The notes beneath the pieces are model-generated. The model searched no databases. It was not told the DNA's origin and was given only the letters and a program-made list of their open reading frames with translations. From assembly GCA_963745435.1 (NCBI GenBank), contig CAVUXK010000026.1, forward strand, positions 111,739-175,738: 64,000 nt of DNA. Direction: 5' to 3'. The stretch is from an uncultured Acidobacteriota bacterium (GTDB lineage: Bacteria; Acidobacteriota; Terriglobia; Terriglobales; Acidobacteriaceae). Of this stretch, positions 40,108-49,443 are shown piece after piece; the stretch's first letter is position 1, and the number at the start of each line of letters is the position of its first letter. A program made the translations under genes and the position numbers.

Positions 40108-40618
40108 TCTCGCGCAGTTGGGTGATGTGCGCGACGTGATGCCGCCCGTGCCAGGCATAAAGCGCCAGAGACTTCTCCAAATTCATCAACCCGTTGTCCG
40201 GGTGGTTGAAAGTCCGCTTCCAGTCTGCGGGTTGCAGCCCGCGCAGCATCAGAATCCAGCGACTATGCAGTGACCGCAAGAACGCCTGCGACAGCTCGAT
40301 TGGCGCGCTCTTCGCCTCGGGCAATTCCGCCCAGCGGTCTTCCATATACGGCCGGATCGTCGGCTGATCCTCGGTCAACGCGAGCTTAAATCGCACGTAC
40401 GAGTTCACGTGGCTGTCGGGCATGTGATGCACGAGCTGCCGGACGGTCCATCCTCCGTCGCGGTACGGTGTGTCGAGTTGCTTATCAGAAAGCCCGCGCA
40501 CCGCTTCTTCCATCCACGCGGGAGTCTGCTCGATGTGGTCCAGAAATTCTGCTTTTTGCTGTTCGGTGAGTGTGCCGTCAAAGGAGAACTTGCCGATGGG
40601 AAACCGCGGATCTGCCAT
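40094..40618 (-). CDS. DinB/YfiT-family metal-dependent (thiol-transferase-like) protein
   Basis: 174 aa. HHMPDSHVNSYVRF and YAWHGRHHVAHI give the DinB_2 His triad spacing. Confidence 0.75.
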   Translation of the reverse strand: MADPRFPIGKFSFDGTLTEQQKAEFLDHIEQTPAWMEEAVRGLSDKQLDTPYRDGGWTVRQLVHHMPDSHVNSYVRFKLALTEDQPTIRPYMEDRWAELPEAKSAPIELSQAFLRSLHSRWILMLRGLQPADWKRTFNHPDNGLMNLEKSLALYAWHGRHHVAHITQLREKLGW

Positions 40619-40672
40619 GCACGCCTCCTGGCAGGATTAGATCACGCAAGGCCGCAATGGTTGTCAAAAGTT

Positions 40673-40699
40673 AGGGGAAGGCTCTCACAGCCTTCCCCT
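40673..40699 (-). terminator. Rho-independent terminator of the S53 peptidase gene
   Basis: AGGGGAAGGCT (40673-83), loop CTCAC, AGCCTTCCCCT (40689-99): a perfect 11-bp stem. On the minus strand it is followed by AACTTTTGAC, and it sits 22 nt past the stop codon. Confidence 0.7.
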
Positions 40700-40720
40700 G
40701 TCTAGTCAGATGGTTGTCGG

Positions 40721-43214
40721 TTATTGCACGAACACCGATACGTTGGATGTATGCGATGTGGTTCCGTCCGTGCCTGTGACGCTCACAACGTAGCTTCCCG
40801 CGGGCGTCCCGTTTCCTCCGCCTCCGCCCCCGCCCGAGCTGCTGCTGCCGCCGCAGCCTACCGCCGCTAGAATCAAAGCAACGGTGATAAGCGTGAGCGT
40901 GATCGTCAATCTCCGTCGCTTAGCAGGAATTCCAAACAGCAGGACTCCCGCGAAAACCGCGCCGCTTCCACCGAGCCACAATGGTGCTTCGCTCGGAGCA
41001 ACTCTTGCGGTCGTCGTGATGCTGACCGTCACCGTCCCGCTTTTAGTCGTGCTATTCAGCGTGATCGGGCCGCCGCTCACCGTGCAGCCGATTTTTGCCG
41101 ACGTAGGTGCTGCACACGTGAAGTTGATTGTCCCGGCAAAGCCGTTGCGCGCGTCCACCGTAATTGTCGACGATCCCGAGCCACCCGGCGAAGCAATGCC
41201 CACGACGTCACCGAACATCGAGAAGTCGGCAGCCGTCGAATTCGCGCTGCTCCAGTTGTTCACCAGTATCGCCGCATCAATCGTTCCCAGTCCGGTGACC
41301 TGGTCGTATCCCGGTCCGGCGCTGAAGCCGTACTGAGCCGTGCCCGACGTCGGGCAATCGACCGTCGCGGGATCGCACGGCACGATGTTGTTGCCCGTGG
41401 TGATGTCGTGGAACGCACCCACATTGGCCGCTGATAGCGCGTACAGCGCCGGGTTGATGTTGCCCTGCCGCGAAGCAGTCTTCTGATTCAGAATCGCCAC
41501 GATTCCGGAGAAAGTGGGCGACCCGAAGGACGTTCCGCCAAATACAGCCGGGTGTCCGGTGCTCGAAGGCAGGAAGCCATTATTGGTGCAAGGGAGGACT
41601 GGCGGTGATGCCTGCGGATCGTTCACGCAAACCATGAACCCGTCGTGATTTGGGCTAGCGGCCAACGCAATATCAGGTACATCGCGAGCTCCATCATTTG
41701 GAACTCCAGCACCAGTCTGCCAGCTCGGCTTCGAAAAAAGTAGGCTCGCTCCGCCGCCGCCAGCGGACAGCAGGTTCTCGAAGATCGTATCGTTCCACGT
41801 CGTCTCGCCGATGTAAGACTTGGCCGATCCATTCACTCCGTTGTTTGCTGCATTCCAGAAAGTCGTCGGACTGGCGGTATCGCCGTTAAACTCCGCTCCC
41901 CCAACCGACGTCACGTATGGCAATGCACCCGGAATATCCACGCCTAATCCGCCTTGCGCAGGCAACTGCGGAGCACTATCGCAATCTGCCGCCCCAAAAT
42001 CGCCGCTCGCCGCTGCGATGGTCTGACCCTGCATCGCGGCCTGCTGGGTGTTTTGTTGAACTGATGTCAGAAATCCGGATGGCAGATTCTGCTCGCAATT
42101 CCCATAACTCATGCTGAGTATCGGCGCGATATTCTGATCAATCGCATACGAGAAAGCGTCGAAGACACTTGCGTTCGTCGCGTTCCCTACGTACACAAAA
42201 ATGATCTTGGCGCCTTTCGCGACGCCGTGCGACCACTCCAGGTCGATGCTCGACTCCCCCACATCTCCCGAGACGACGGTTGCTGTGCCACTGCTAGGCA
42301 CCAGCTGCCGAACAAAGTTACTGGCCGTGCGCGCTGGCAGTCCGGCAGCCGTCCGGAACGCATCCAGGTCCGCATTGTTGACTTCAGATTGACCGGCGAC
42401 GGCGATCGACTGGCCCGTCCCATCAAAGCCGGCCGTGTATAGCGCCTTCACGTCGTAAATAGTGGTCCAGTCATCCGGACTCATGAAGTGAAGCCCGCCG
42501 CTGAAAGTAAAATTCGGCTTGACCGATTCAGCCAACGCCCGGTTCATCCGCGCGCGTGGCTTCGGCCGAAAATTACTCAACCCGTGCACTCCCAGTACCA
42601 CCTCTCCCAGAGCACTTGGTATAGATGGTTCGACGCTGTTCGCGAAGTGCGCCTCACCCTTCAGATTGAAGCGATGCATCTCTGTTCGAAAAACCGTCTC
42701 GATCTGTGACACCGTTCCACTAAACCACACCTGCGTACGCCCACGTGCCGCACGCTTCACGATGAAGCCCTGTGACTGCAGCCACGCCGTCACTTTGCTC
42801 AGATCGGCGGCGCTCAAGTCCAAACCGATCCGCATACTGCTCCGGCGTCAGCCACTTGTGGTAGCTCGGCGACTTTGGATTCTGCAAGTCGTCCAGAAAC
42901 TTTTCCGCCGCCGCATCCTGCGCCGCCGTCCGCTTGAACACCAGGGAAACGCCCTCCAGTCTCGTCGCTCCATCCATGCGCCCCTGGTCGGTCGCCTTCT
43001 GCAGCAACGGATGCACGTTGCCGAGCAACTGAACTGTGTCCCGGTCGTCAATCGCCTGCGAAATGCGGCTAGTCGCTTTGGTCTGCGAAAAAACGCTGAG
43101 CGCGATGCCCAGCGTCAGAAAAAACACCATTGCTTTCAGAATTGAGCGCACGGGCGACACTCCACTGAACTGCTGTTTGGATTTTGTGGCGTTGCTATCT
43201 CGGAATGGATTCAT
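40721..43214 (-). pseudogene. Secreted sedolisin (peptidase S53) with pro-kumamolisin activation domain, Ig-like domain and unusual C-terminal tail; one indel at ~42830
   Basis: ORF 42720..43214 holds the signal peptide and the start of the propeptide (HKWLTPEQYADRFGL). ORF 40721..42835 holds the rest of the propeptide (SAADLSKVTAWLQSQGF) and the S53 catalytic core (ESSIDLEWSHGVA, ILSMSYG, GGTSFGSPTFSG). The real start may be Met at 43130 (MVFFLTLGIALSVFSQ). Confidence 0.85.
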
Positions 43215-43319
43215 ACCAGAACGCGAAGGATGCCTCGCACAGCCTTGTGATCGTTAACGATGGCTTGATTTTATGCTACGAGACGTAACCTTGAAACTCG
43301 CCAATAGGACATTACTGTA

Positions 43320-44096
43320 CTAACGGCGTGTCAAAGCAAGGATGCGGACAGGCCCGTCCACTTCACCTTCCAACTTCATCGGAGCCACCACCACCACCGC
43401 ACCCGCGTCGGGCACGCGTTCGAGGTTGGCAACATTTTCCAGGTGATAAACGCTGTGGGCCAGCGTGTACTCATGCACGGCCAGCGTGCGCGACGATCCC
43501 GGGTCTACGCTCAACGTATCAATGCCGAGCGCCAGCGCCTGCCGTCCCTCAACCAGAAACTGTGCTGCATCCCGCGAGTATCCCGGGAAATGCATCACGC
43601 CCTTCTTGTCGGTGTTGCGGTAATCCTTGGGCGAGGCCCAACGCACTCCCCATCCCGTCCGCGCCACCACCACGGCTCCGGCCGGAATCTCCCCATGAAT
43701 CTGCTCCCACTGCGCAATGTCCTCAACCGATACTTCGTAATCTGGATTGCGTTTTGCCTGCGCCGTAACATCCAACACGGTCAGCGGGGCAATCAGTCTT
43801 TCCGGTGGAATCTGGTCCACAGTCCACATTCCACGAACCAGCCGGGCGGGCGAATCAATATTCGTGTTGTTCGCGGTCGACGCCGAAACACGTCGCAGCC
43901 CATCTCTCTGCACCAGTCCAGCAGTGCGCAGCGGCGCATACTCGTGAATGCTGGGAACTTTCCCCCGTCCCATCGGATGAGTCAGGTCGACAACCCCGGT
44001 GAAACTGGTGGCTGGCAAAGCATCCGGCCGCCGCTGCGCGAACAGCAGCAGCGCCAGGGCCAGCGCGTAACCGATCACTAACGTCTTAATCCGCAT
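43320..44096 (-). CDS. Secreted cyclase-family (kynurenine-formamidase fold) protein with a degenerate metal motif
   Basis: ORF 43320..44285; the likely start is MRIKTLVIGYALALALLLFAQ at 44096. Family-like C-terminal half: GIDTLSVD...VHEYTLAHSVYHLENVANL..VVVAPMKLEGEVDGPVRILAL. The HxGTHxDxPxH position reads NNTNIDSPARL. Confidence 0.6.
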   Translation of the reverse strand: MRIKTLVIGYALALALLLFAQRRPDALPATSFTGVVDLTHPMGRGKVPSIHEYAPLRTAGLVQRDGLRRVSASTANNTNIDSPARLVRGMWTVDQIPPERLIAPLTVLDVTAQAKRNPDYEVSVEDIAQWEQIHGEIPAGAVVVARTGWGVRWASPKDYRNTDKKGVMHFPGYSRDAAQFLVEGRQALALGIDTLSVDPGSSRTLAVHEYTLAHSVYHLENVANLERVPDAGAVVVVAPMKLEGEVDGPVRILALTRR

Positions 44097-44293
44097 CGCT
44101 TCCTTACTGCCAAGTTCTTGACAGAACCGACAAGCCGCTAATAAAAATGCGTTCCCGCCGACAACCCCGCCCGCATCGTCGATGGCCTTCCGCCACCCGC
44201 GAAGCGCCTGAATTTTCGGGAGAGGTACTGTGAAATTGTCGCTTGTCAGGTAACCATTACTCAAGGTACCGACGGACATGACCAACCGGAAGA

Positions 44294-44321
44294 CCCCAGA
44301 GCCAAAAGCCTAAAGCCCGGA
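44294..44321. repeat. Degenerate heptanucleotide array (GCCnnnA), 4 units
   Basis: ccccaga gccaaaa gcctaaa gcccgga, immediately next to the DUF92 stop codon. Confidence 0.7.
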
Positions 44322-44331
44322 GTCCACGTCT

Positions 44332-45114
44332 CTACAACCCCGCCAGGGCCGCTGCCCCTACTGCCGCCACCACGGTGCTGATGAAATTTACGCTGTCGTT
44401 CCCCATCCACCCGCGCCGTTCAAACAACGCGCCCAGAAGACTATCCAGCACCGTTCCGAAAAATCCCGCCGCAATCGCGATCCATACCCATGTCCCCGAC
44501 AACAAACCAGCCCACATCCCGACGAGACTCACCAACCCCGCTGCCACCGCCCCGGCCGCCGTGCCGCCCAACGTAACCCCGCCGTCGGTCCCCGCGGGCA
44601 CGCGCTCGAGCGTCGTGATCAGCCGCGCCTCGCGGCTCAACGCCTGCCCGCACTCACTCGACACCGTGTCCGCCGCCGCCACCGCTAAAGCCGCAGCCAT
44701 TCCTAGCAGCATCAGTGGCGCATGCAGTCCCGAGTAGCACAGCGCGGAGGCCGCGGCCATCCCGGTATTGGCCAGAACCTGCGACGCGCTCCGTCCCTCT
44801 CTGCGCTCAGCCACTCCCAAGCCCTGCTTTCGCAGTCGCCCAAAGCGCGTAGCGATCCACGTGACACCAAACACCGCCAGCAGCATCCCAAAGGCCCCAG
44901 GGCCTACGCTGGCCAGTAGGGCGAAGCAAACCAAGCCTCCCGCCAGAGCACCCGATCGCGATACCCCCCGAACTGCGTGTCCCAGGGCGGCAAATGCCAC
45001 CGTTATGACCAGAATCAGAGCGAAATGGGGCCACGAGTCCACCCACCACACCGCCGAATTGGTACCTAAGTTCAATGTGTTCAAGTGCATAGCAAGAGAA
45101 TCAAGTTCTACCAT
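44332..45114 (-). CDS. DUF92 (TMEM19-like) integral membrane protein
   Basis: 260 aa with ~7 TM helices. Characteristic segments: RKQGLGVAERREGRSASQVLANTG and AAADTVSSECGQ. Confidence 0.7.
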   Translation of the reverse strand: MVELDSLAMHLNTLNLGTNSAVWWVDSWPHFALILVITVAFAALGHAVRGVSRSGALAGGLVCFALLASVGPGAFGMLLAVFGVTWIATRFGRLRKQGLGVAERREGRSASQVLANTGMAAASALCYSGLHAPLMLLGMAAALAVAAADTVSSECGQALSREARLITTLERVPAGTDGGVTLGGTAAGAVAAGLVSLVGMWAGLLSGTWVWIAIAAGFFGTVLDSLLGALFERRGWMGNDSVNFISTVVAAVGAAALAGL

Positions 45115-45304
45115 AGCCCGGAGAGGGTGGAATCGAAGTGATAACTACCACCCCTAGGGCCCCCGGCCACCTCATCCCATCCCGTCGTGCTTTTTCTCTC
45201 GATTACCCCGCCAAGTTGATGCATCAAAAACTGAAGTCGTGCGCTAAACTTTCGAACGCTGGGCGCGGCTCTGGCGTCTTGTCTGATTTGTTCGGGGAGA
45301 ACCT

Positions 45305-46151
45305 ATGGCGGCCTCCGTTTGGTCTGGATATCTCACCTTCGGCTTGATCTCAATGCCGGTGCGCCTTTTTTCTGGCGCTCGCAGCAGCGGTATTTCCTTC
45401 AACATGCTTCACCGCCCAGATTTGCAGCGCGTAAAGCAGCAATACTATCTGCCCGGCTGAGAACAAGGTCGTCGAGCGCAGCGAAATCGTCAAGGGCTAC
45501 GAGTTCCGCAAGGACGAGTACATCGTCATCGAGCCCGAAGAAATCAAGAAGATCGAGCCCCAGACCGCCAAGACCATGGAGATTCTCGAATTCGTTCATG
45601 CAGACGACGTCGATCCGGTCTATTTCGAGTCTTCCTACTACATGATGCCTGACGAAGCGGGACGGCGTCCGTATGCGCTCCTGACCAAGGCCCTCGAAGA
45701 GAGCAATTACGTTGCGATCGCCAAGCTCACCATGCACAACCGCGAATACACGGTCTTCCTGCGACCGCACTCCGGCGGCATGATGCTGCACACCATGTAT
45801 TACGCCGAAGAAGTCCGCCAGGTCGAAGGCTTCGGCGCTCCCGATGTCGAACTGAAAGAAGCCGAACTAAAAGTAGCGCGTCAGTTGATCGAAGCTCTCG
45901 CCGGAGATTGGGATCCGGAGAAATATCACGACTCCTTCCAGGAAAACTTGAAAAAGCTGATCGAGACGAAACTCGAAGGGGGCAAGGTAGTCGAGATCGA
46001 TCGCCCCAAGAAGCTAGCGCCGGTCGTCGATCTGATGGCAGCCCTGAAGCAAAGCCTCGCCGAAATGGAAGGCAAGAAGAAGCCGGCCGCCACCACAAAG
46101 TCCGCCCCCGAAGCCGCGGTCGCAGGAAGCAAACCGCGTCGGGGCCGATAA
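45305..46151 (+). pseudogene. ku: Non-homologous end-joining protein Ku; one indel at ~45449
   Basis: ATG at 45305 gives MAASVWSGYLTFGLISMPVRLFSGARS (Ku N-terminus), which stops after QQYYLPG. Deleting c at 45449 gives QQYYCPAENKVVERSEIVKGYEF, joining ORF 45576..46151 (VYFESSYYMMPDE..YVAIAKLTMHNREYTVFLRP). The tail is Lys-rich. Confidence 0.9.
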
Positions 46152-46310
46152 TCCGCACAGCAGCACAAACCTAAGGTGAAACGTGAGCTGCCTGGGCTTA
46201 CGCGCGAATGTTTTTCGAAATCCCCTCCGATTCGCTTCCGAGCGTAACGAAATCACTCGAGACCCGTTCGATTCGGAACGAGAAGGAAATCATGTCGGGT
46301 CCGAACGAGG

Positions 46311-46467
46311 CCATTCCGAATCAAACCCAAATTCCAATCAAAACCATATTCCATTCAAACCCAAATTCGAAATCAAAACTAAATTCGAATCGAGACTAAA
46401 TTCGAAATCAGAACTAAATTCGATCGAAACTAGTCTTCGAATTGAAACTAGTTTTCGAATTGAAACT
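46311..46467. repeat. AT-rich degenerate tandem array, nine 16-18-bp units with TTCGAA/TTCCAA cores
   Basis: Units: ccattccgaatcaaaccc, aaattccaatcaaaacc, atattccattcaaaccc, aaattcgaaatcaaaact, aaattcgaatcgagact, aaattcgaaatcagaact, aaattcgatcgaaact, agtcttcgaattgaaact, agttttcgaattgaaact. More degenerate TTCGA-containing DNA extends back to ~46210. Confidence 0.9.
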
Positions 46468-46777
46468 AAATCCCGCATCGCCAGGGCGCCAGCCCCTTTC
46501 AGGGGCGAAATAGGATAGCCCAGCGCGTAAGCGCTGGGTAAGCACCAGACACAGAACGAGTCCCGCAGGGACGGCACTCGGCGCAGCGGGCGTGAGCCCG
46601 CCAGCTCATCGAGCAGGTACGGAAAAGCAAAAGGCAAGACCTCGTCTGGACAACTCCCAGCCCCGCTCTAACCCTCTTAAACGCTTTCGAGGATGGATTC
46701 GTGCCCATGCGGGCAACCTCCTCCACCGGCCCTGCCACTAAACCCCACAGAGGCAAACGCGACCAAAAGCACTGCCG

Positions 46778-46812
46778 GCTGACAGCTACGAGCCATCAGC
46801 CAACTAGCTAGA
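46778..46812. repeat. Degenerate heptanucleotide array (GCnnnnA), 5 units
   Basis: gctgaca gctacga gccatca gccaact agctaga, ~65 nt upstream of the YVTN lipoprotein start. It shares the GCCATCA unit with the 28828 array. Confidence 0.7.
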
Positions 46813-46876
46813 AACTCCATTTCCCGATTACAATGTTCAATTCTCCTAACGAATGATTACTCACCATGGGGTACCG

Positions 46877-48454
46877 ATGAGTTTGGTGTCGAAGGGCAAG
46901 CTGGCTGGTCTTCTCTTCCTGTTCCTGATCTGCATTGCCTGTGGCGATGTATACCGCCCCACCATCATCCCTCAACCGGTTCCGACTCCCGACCCGAAAA
47001 ACGCCCATTCCACCTTTACCGTCAATCAGAACGGCACATTCAACGCCGGAACCGGCATGCAGGTGAACGTGTCAGGCGACTCGGATGCGGGCGTCACCAA
47101 AGTGGCGATCATGCCCGTGCACGCAACCTTGCTTGGGACCCGCGTTTGGGTGGCGAATCAAGGGGCCGACTCGGTCAGCGCGTTCAGCGCCTCCGCGGGC
47201 AACAATCCCATCGGTACGTCGGTCGACATCAACCTCGCCCAAGGCGCTGCTCCTGATTTTGTAGAAAGCAGCGAGACTTCGACGATGTACGTCGCCAATT
47301 CGGGCAACGGCACGGTGAACGCCATCAATAGCATCACCAACGCCATCACCGATACGATTTCGGTGGGCGCACATCCCATCGCCATGGTCGAAACCCCCAA
47401 CAACTCCTCGACCACTGGCCTGCTCAAGAAGCTCTATGTGGTGAATCGCGATTCGAGCAACGTCTCCGTGATCAGCAGCGCCGACAAAAGCATCATCGCT
47501 ACCCTGCCCGTGGGCGCATCGCCCCGCTGGGCGGCCGTGCGCAGTGACGGCGCACGCATCTACGTCCTCAGTCACGACGCTGGAAACATCACAGTCATCA
47601 ACGGATTGCTCGCGACCGATGCCGTCGTGGGCACCGTCTCGGTCGGAGCAGGCGCAGACTTTCTCTACTACGACAGCCGACGCAACCGCCTCTACGTGCC
47701 GAATCCGACCAACGCCACGGTCGGGATCTTTGACGCAAGCACCGACGCCCTCACCCTTCTCGCCACAATTGACCTGAAGGCCGTAATTCCGGGCGGAGGC
47801 GCTGCCCCGTGCCCCGCCAGCGGATGCGTCCCGGTCTCTGTAGCGGCGCTGCCCGACGGCACGCGTGCCTACATCGCGAGCTACTATCTCGACTCGACCT
47901 CAGCCAATTGCCAGCAGACTTCCTGCGTTCAGGTGCAAGCCACGGTCGTCGATGCGTTGACCAACCAGGTCACCAAGGCAATTCCTCTTCCCGAAGTCTC
48001 CGTCTCGCAGGTGGCAAATTGCGCAGCCGCCCGCTTCCGTATCTCCGCCGCCACAGCGATCGACAGTTCGCGCGTCTACGTTTCCAGTTGCGATGGCTCC
48101 GCCGTGTGGACCATCAATACTTCCGGCGATAATTTCTTCGCGACCATCCCGGCTCCGGGCAGCGCCTACTCCCCAACCCTGCTCAACATCTCCGCCGCCA
48201 CGCAGAACGGCACCGATACCACCTACACGTACACGTACGATCCGAACTCCGGCACTCCGATCTTTCTCGGTCTCGTAGTGACCATCACCAGAATGTCGGC
48301 GCAGGCGGACAACGGCACGTTCACCGTGACCGGAATCGGCAACGGGACGTTCACCGTCAGCAACCCCGCAGGAACGTCCACCACCGGCGAAGCCGCGACC
48401 GGAGTCGGCGAGCCTCCAAGGCAAAATCCAGTCTTCATTCTGACCGGCTCCTAA
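46877..48454 (+). CDS. YVTN-family beta-propeller repeat lipoprotein
   Basis: ORF 46853..48454; the likely start is MSLVSKGKLAGLLFLFLICIACG (lipobox). It has repeated ~40-aa units of the type YVANSGNGTVNAINSITNAITDTISVGAHP / YVVNRDSSNVSVISSADKSIIATLPVGASP. Confidence 0.8.
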   Translation: MSLVSKGKLAGLLFLFLICIACGDVYRPTIIPQPVPTPDPKNAHSTFTVNQNGTFNAGTGMQVNVSGDSDAGVTKVAIMPVHATLLGTRVWVANQGADSVSAFSASAGNNPIGTSVDINLAQGAAPDFVESSETSTMYVANSGNGTVNAINSITNAITDTISVGAHPIAMVETPNNSSTTGLLKKLYVVNRDSSNVSVISSADKSIIATLPVGASPRWAAVRSDGARIYVLSHDAGNITVINGLLATDAVVGTVSVGAGADFLYYDSRRNRLYVPNPTNATVGIFDASTDALTLLATIDLKAVIPGGGAAPCPASGCVPVSVAALPDGTRAYIASYYLDSTSANCQQTSCVQVQATVVDALTNQVTKAIPLPEVSVSQVANCAAARFRISAATAIDSSRVYVSSCDGSAVWTINTSGDNFFATIPAPGSAYSPTLLNISAATQNGTDTTYTYTYDPNSGTPIFLGLVVTITRMSAQADNGTFTVTGIGNGTFTVSNPAGTSTTGEAATGVGEPPRQNPVFILTGS

Positions 48455-48900
48455 CCTCCGAACGCGGAGGTTCGTATCAGGACATGCCTTCAGAGGCTGC
48501 GGAAAAACTCGACTTCGGGCGGGTCTTGGTCGGGCGGGTCTTGGGAGGGGCACGACTTCAGAAGCTGGGGAAAAACTCTGCTTAGGGCAGGTTTTGGGAA
48601 GGGCACGAGTTCACTCGTGCCGCTAAGTCCTAAAAATGTGTGCGCGCTTCAGCGCCTGAGGGTTGCGACTTTGAATCTTGGCGACTTTTTCCGCAACCTC
48701 TTCAGTCGTGCCCCCACAGGCACTACCCGGAATAGGTTTCGTTGGAGGGCGTGCCTTCAGGAGAGCCGCACAAGACTACCCCGGGACCGGGTTTGTATCA
48801 GGGCGCGCCTTCAGGCGCGCCGTACATAGCGTTCCATGACGGTCCCTTCAGGGGCTGACCGCGCGTCGGAACTTTGGGGAGAAACTTATCGCAACGCACA
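48453..48900. repeat. Array of at least 7 REP-like hairpins with CTTCAG cores
   Basis: AACCTCCG-aacg-CGGAGGTT (48453-72). GGCACGAG-ttca-CTCGTGCC (~48602-21). GGCGCGCC-ttca-GGCGCGCC (~48802-21). Imperfect relatives: atgCCTTCAGaggc, cacgaCTTCAGaagc, gcgcgCTTCAGcgcc, gtgCCTTCAGgagag, gtccCTTCAGgggc. Confidence 0.8.
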
Positions 48901-48938
48901 AGCCAGGGCGGCTCGTGTCAGGATTTTCAAGCAAAAGT

Positions 48939-49439
48939 TTACCGTCCGGCTGAAGCCGCCATGTCCGCATGCCGCTTCCGGTTGTAGCGCAGCGCGATGT
49001 TCATGAACACGCTGCCCACCGGCGTCTCGAAGCACATCACCAGCGCCTCGGTATCTTCGCTGCTCTTGATGCCTTCCGCGGATTCGTGCATCACCGGCGG
49101 ATGCACCCGGAAGTGGAATCCCTGGTCGTTCAGTGCCGTGATCGCATTGCCGATGATCTGGTTTGCCAGTTCGCAGGCGGTCTCTTTCACAAGCAAATCG
49201 GATTCGGGCAAATCCGCCCCCGCCATCTTGCCCGCCACGCGCACCGCGGTCTCCGGATCGAGGTCAATGATGATGCGTCCCTCGATATCGCCGGTGACCC
49301 AGACCATGGCCGCCACACCCTTGCGGCGATAGGCTTCCTCTTCCATGCTGAGGCTGCCAATGGCCGTGGTGCATTGCAGGCCCTGCGCCAGCACCGCGTC
49401 CGCCGAATTGATGAACGGCTGGATCAACTCCATCTTCAT
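48939..49439 (-). CDS. CheX/CheC-family CheY-P phosphatase
   Basis: 166 aa. E-x2-N-x22-P signature in ETACELANQIIGNAITALNDQGFHFRVHPP. Last gene of the che operon. Confidence 0.7.
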   Translation of the reverse strand: MKMELIQPFINSADAVLAQGLQCTTAIGSLSMEEEAYRRKGVAAMVWVTGDIEGRIIIDLDPETAVRVAGKMAGADLPESDLLVKETACELANQIIGNAITALNDQGFHFRVHPPVMHESAEGIKSSEDTEALVMCFETPVGSVFMNIALRYNRKRHADMAASAGR

Positions 49440-49443
49440 CGAG

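Noticed and set aside
46183-46518. 111-aa and 63-aa ORFs over the AT-rich array
   Set aside because: The translations are low-complexity (NSKSELNSIETSLRIETSFRIETKS) and merely mirror the DNA repeat. There is no SD.
46691-46710. tRNA-like T-arm on the minus strand (GGGCACGAATCCATCC resembles GGTTCGAATCC)
   Set aside because: No complementary stem closes the loop, and no acceptor, D or anticodon arms can be drawn around it. The flanks are REP-like hairpins.
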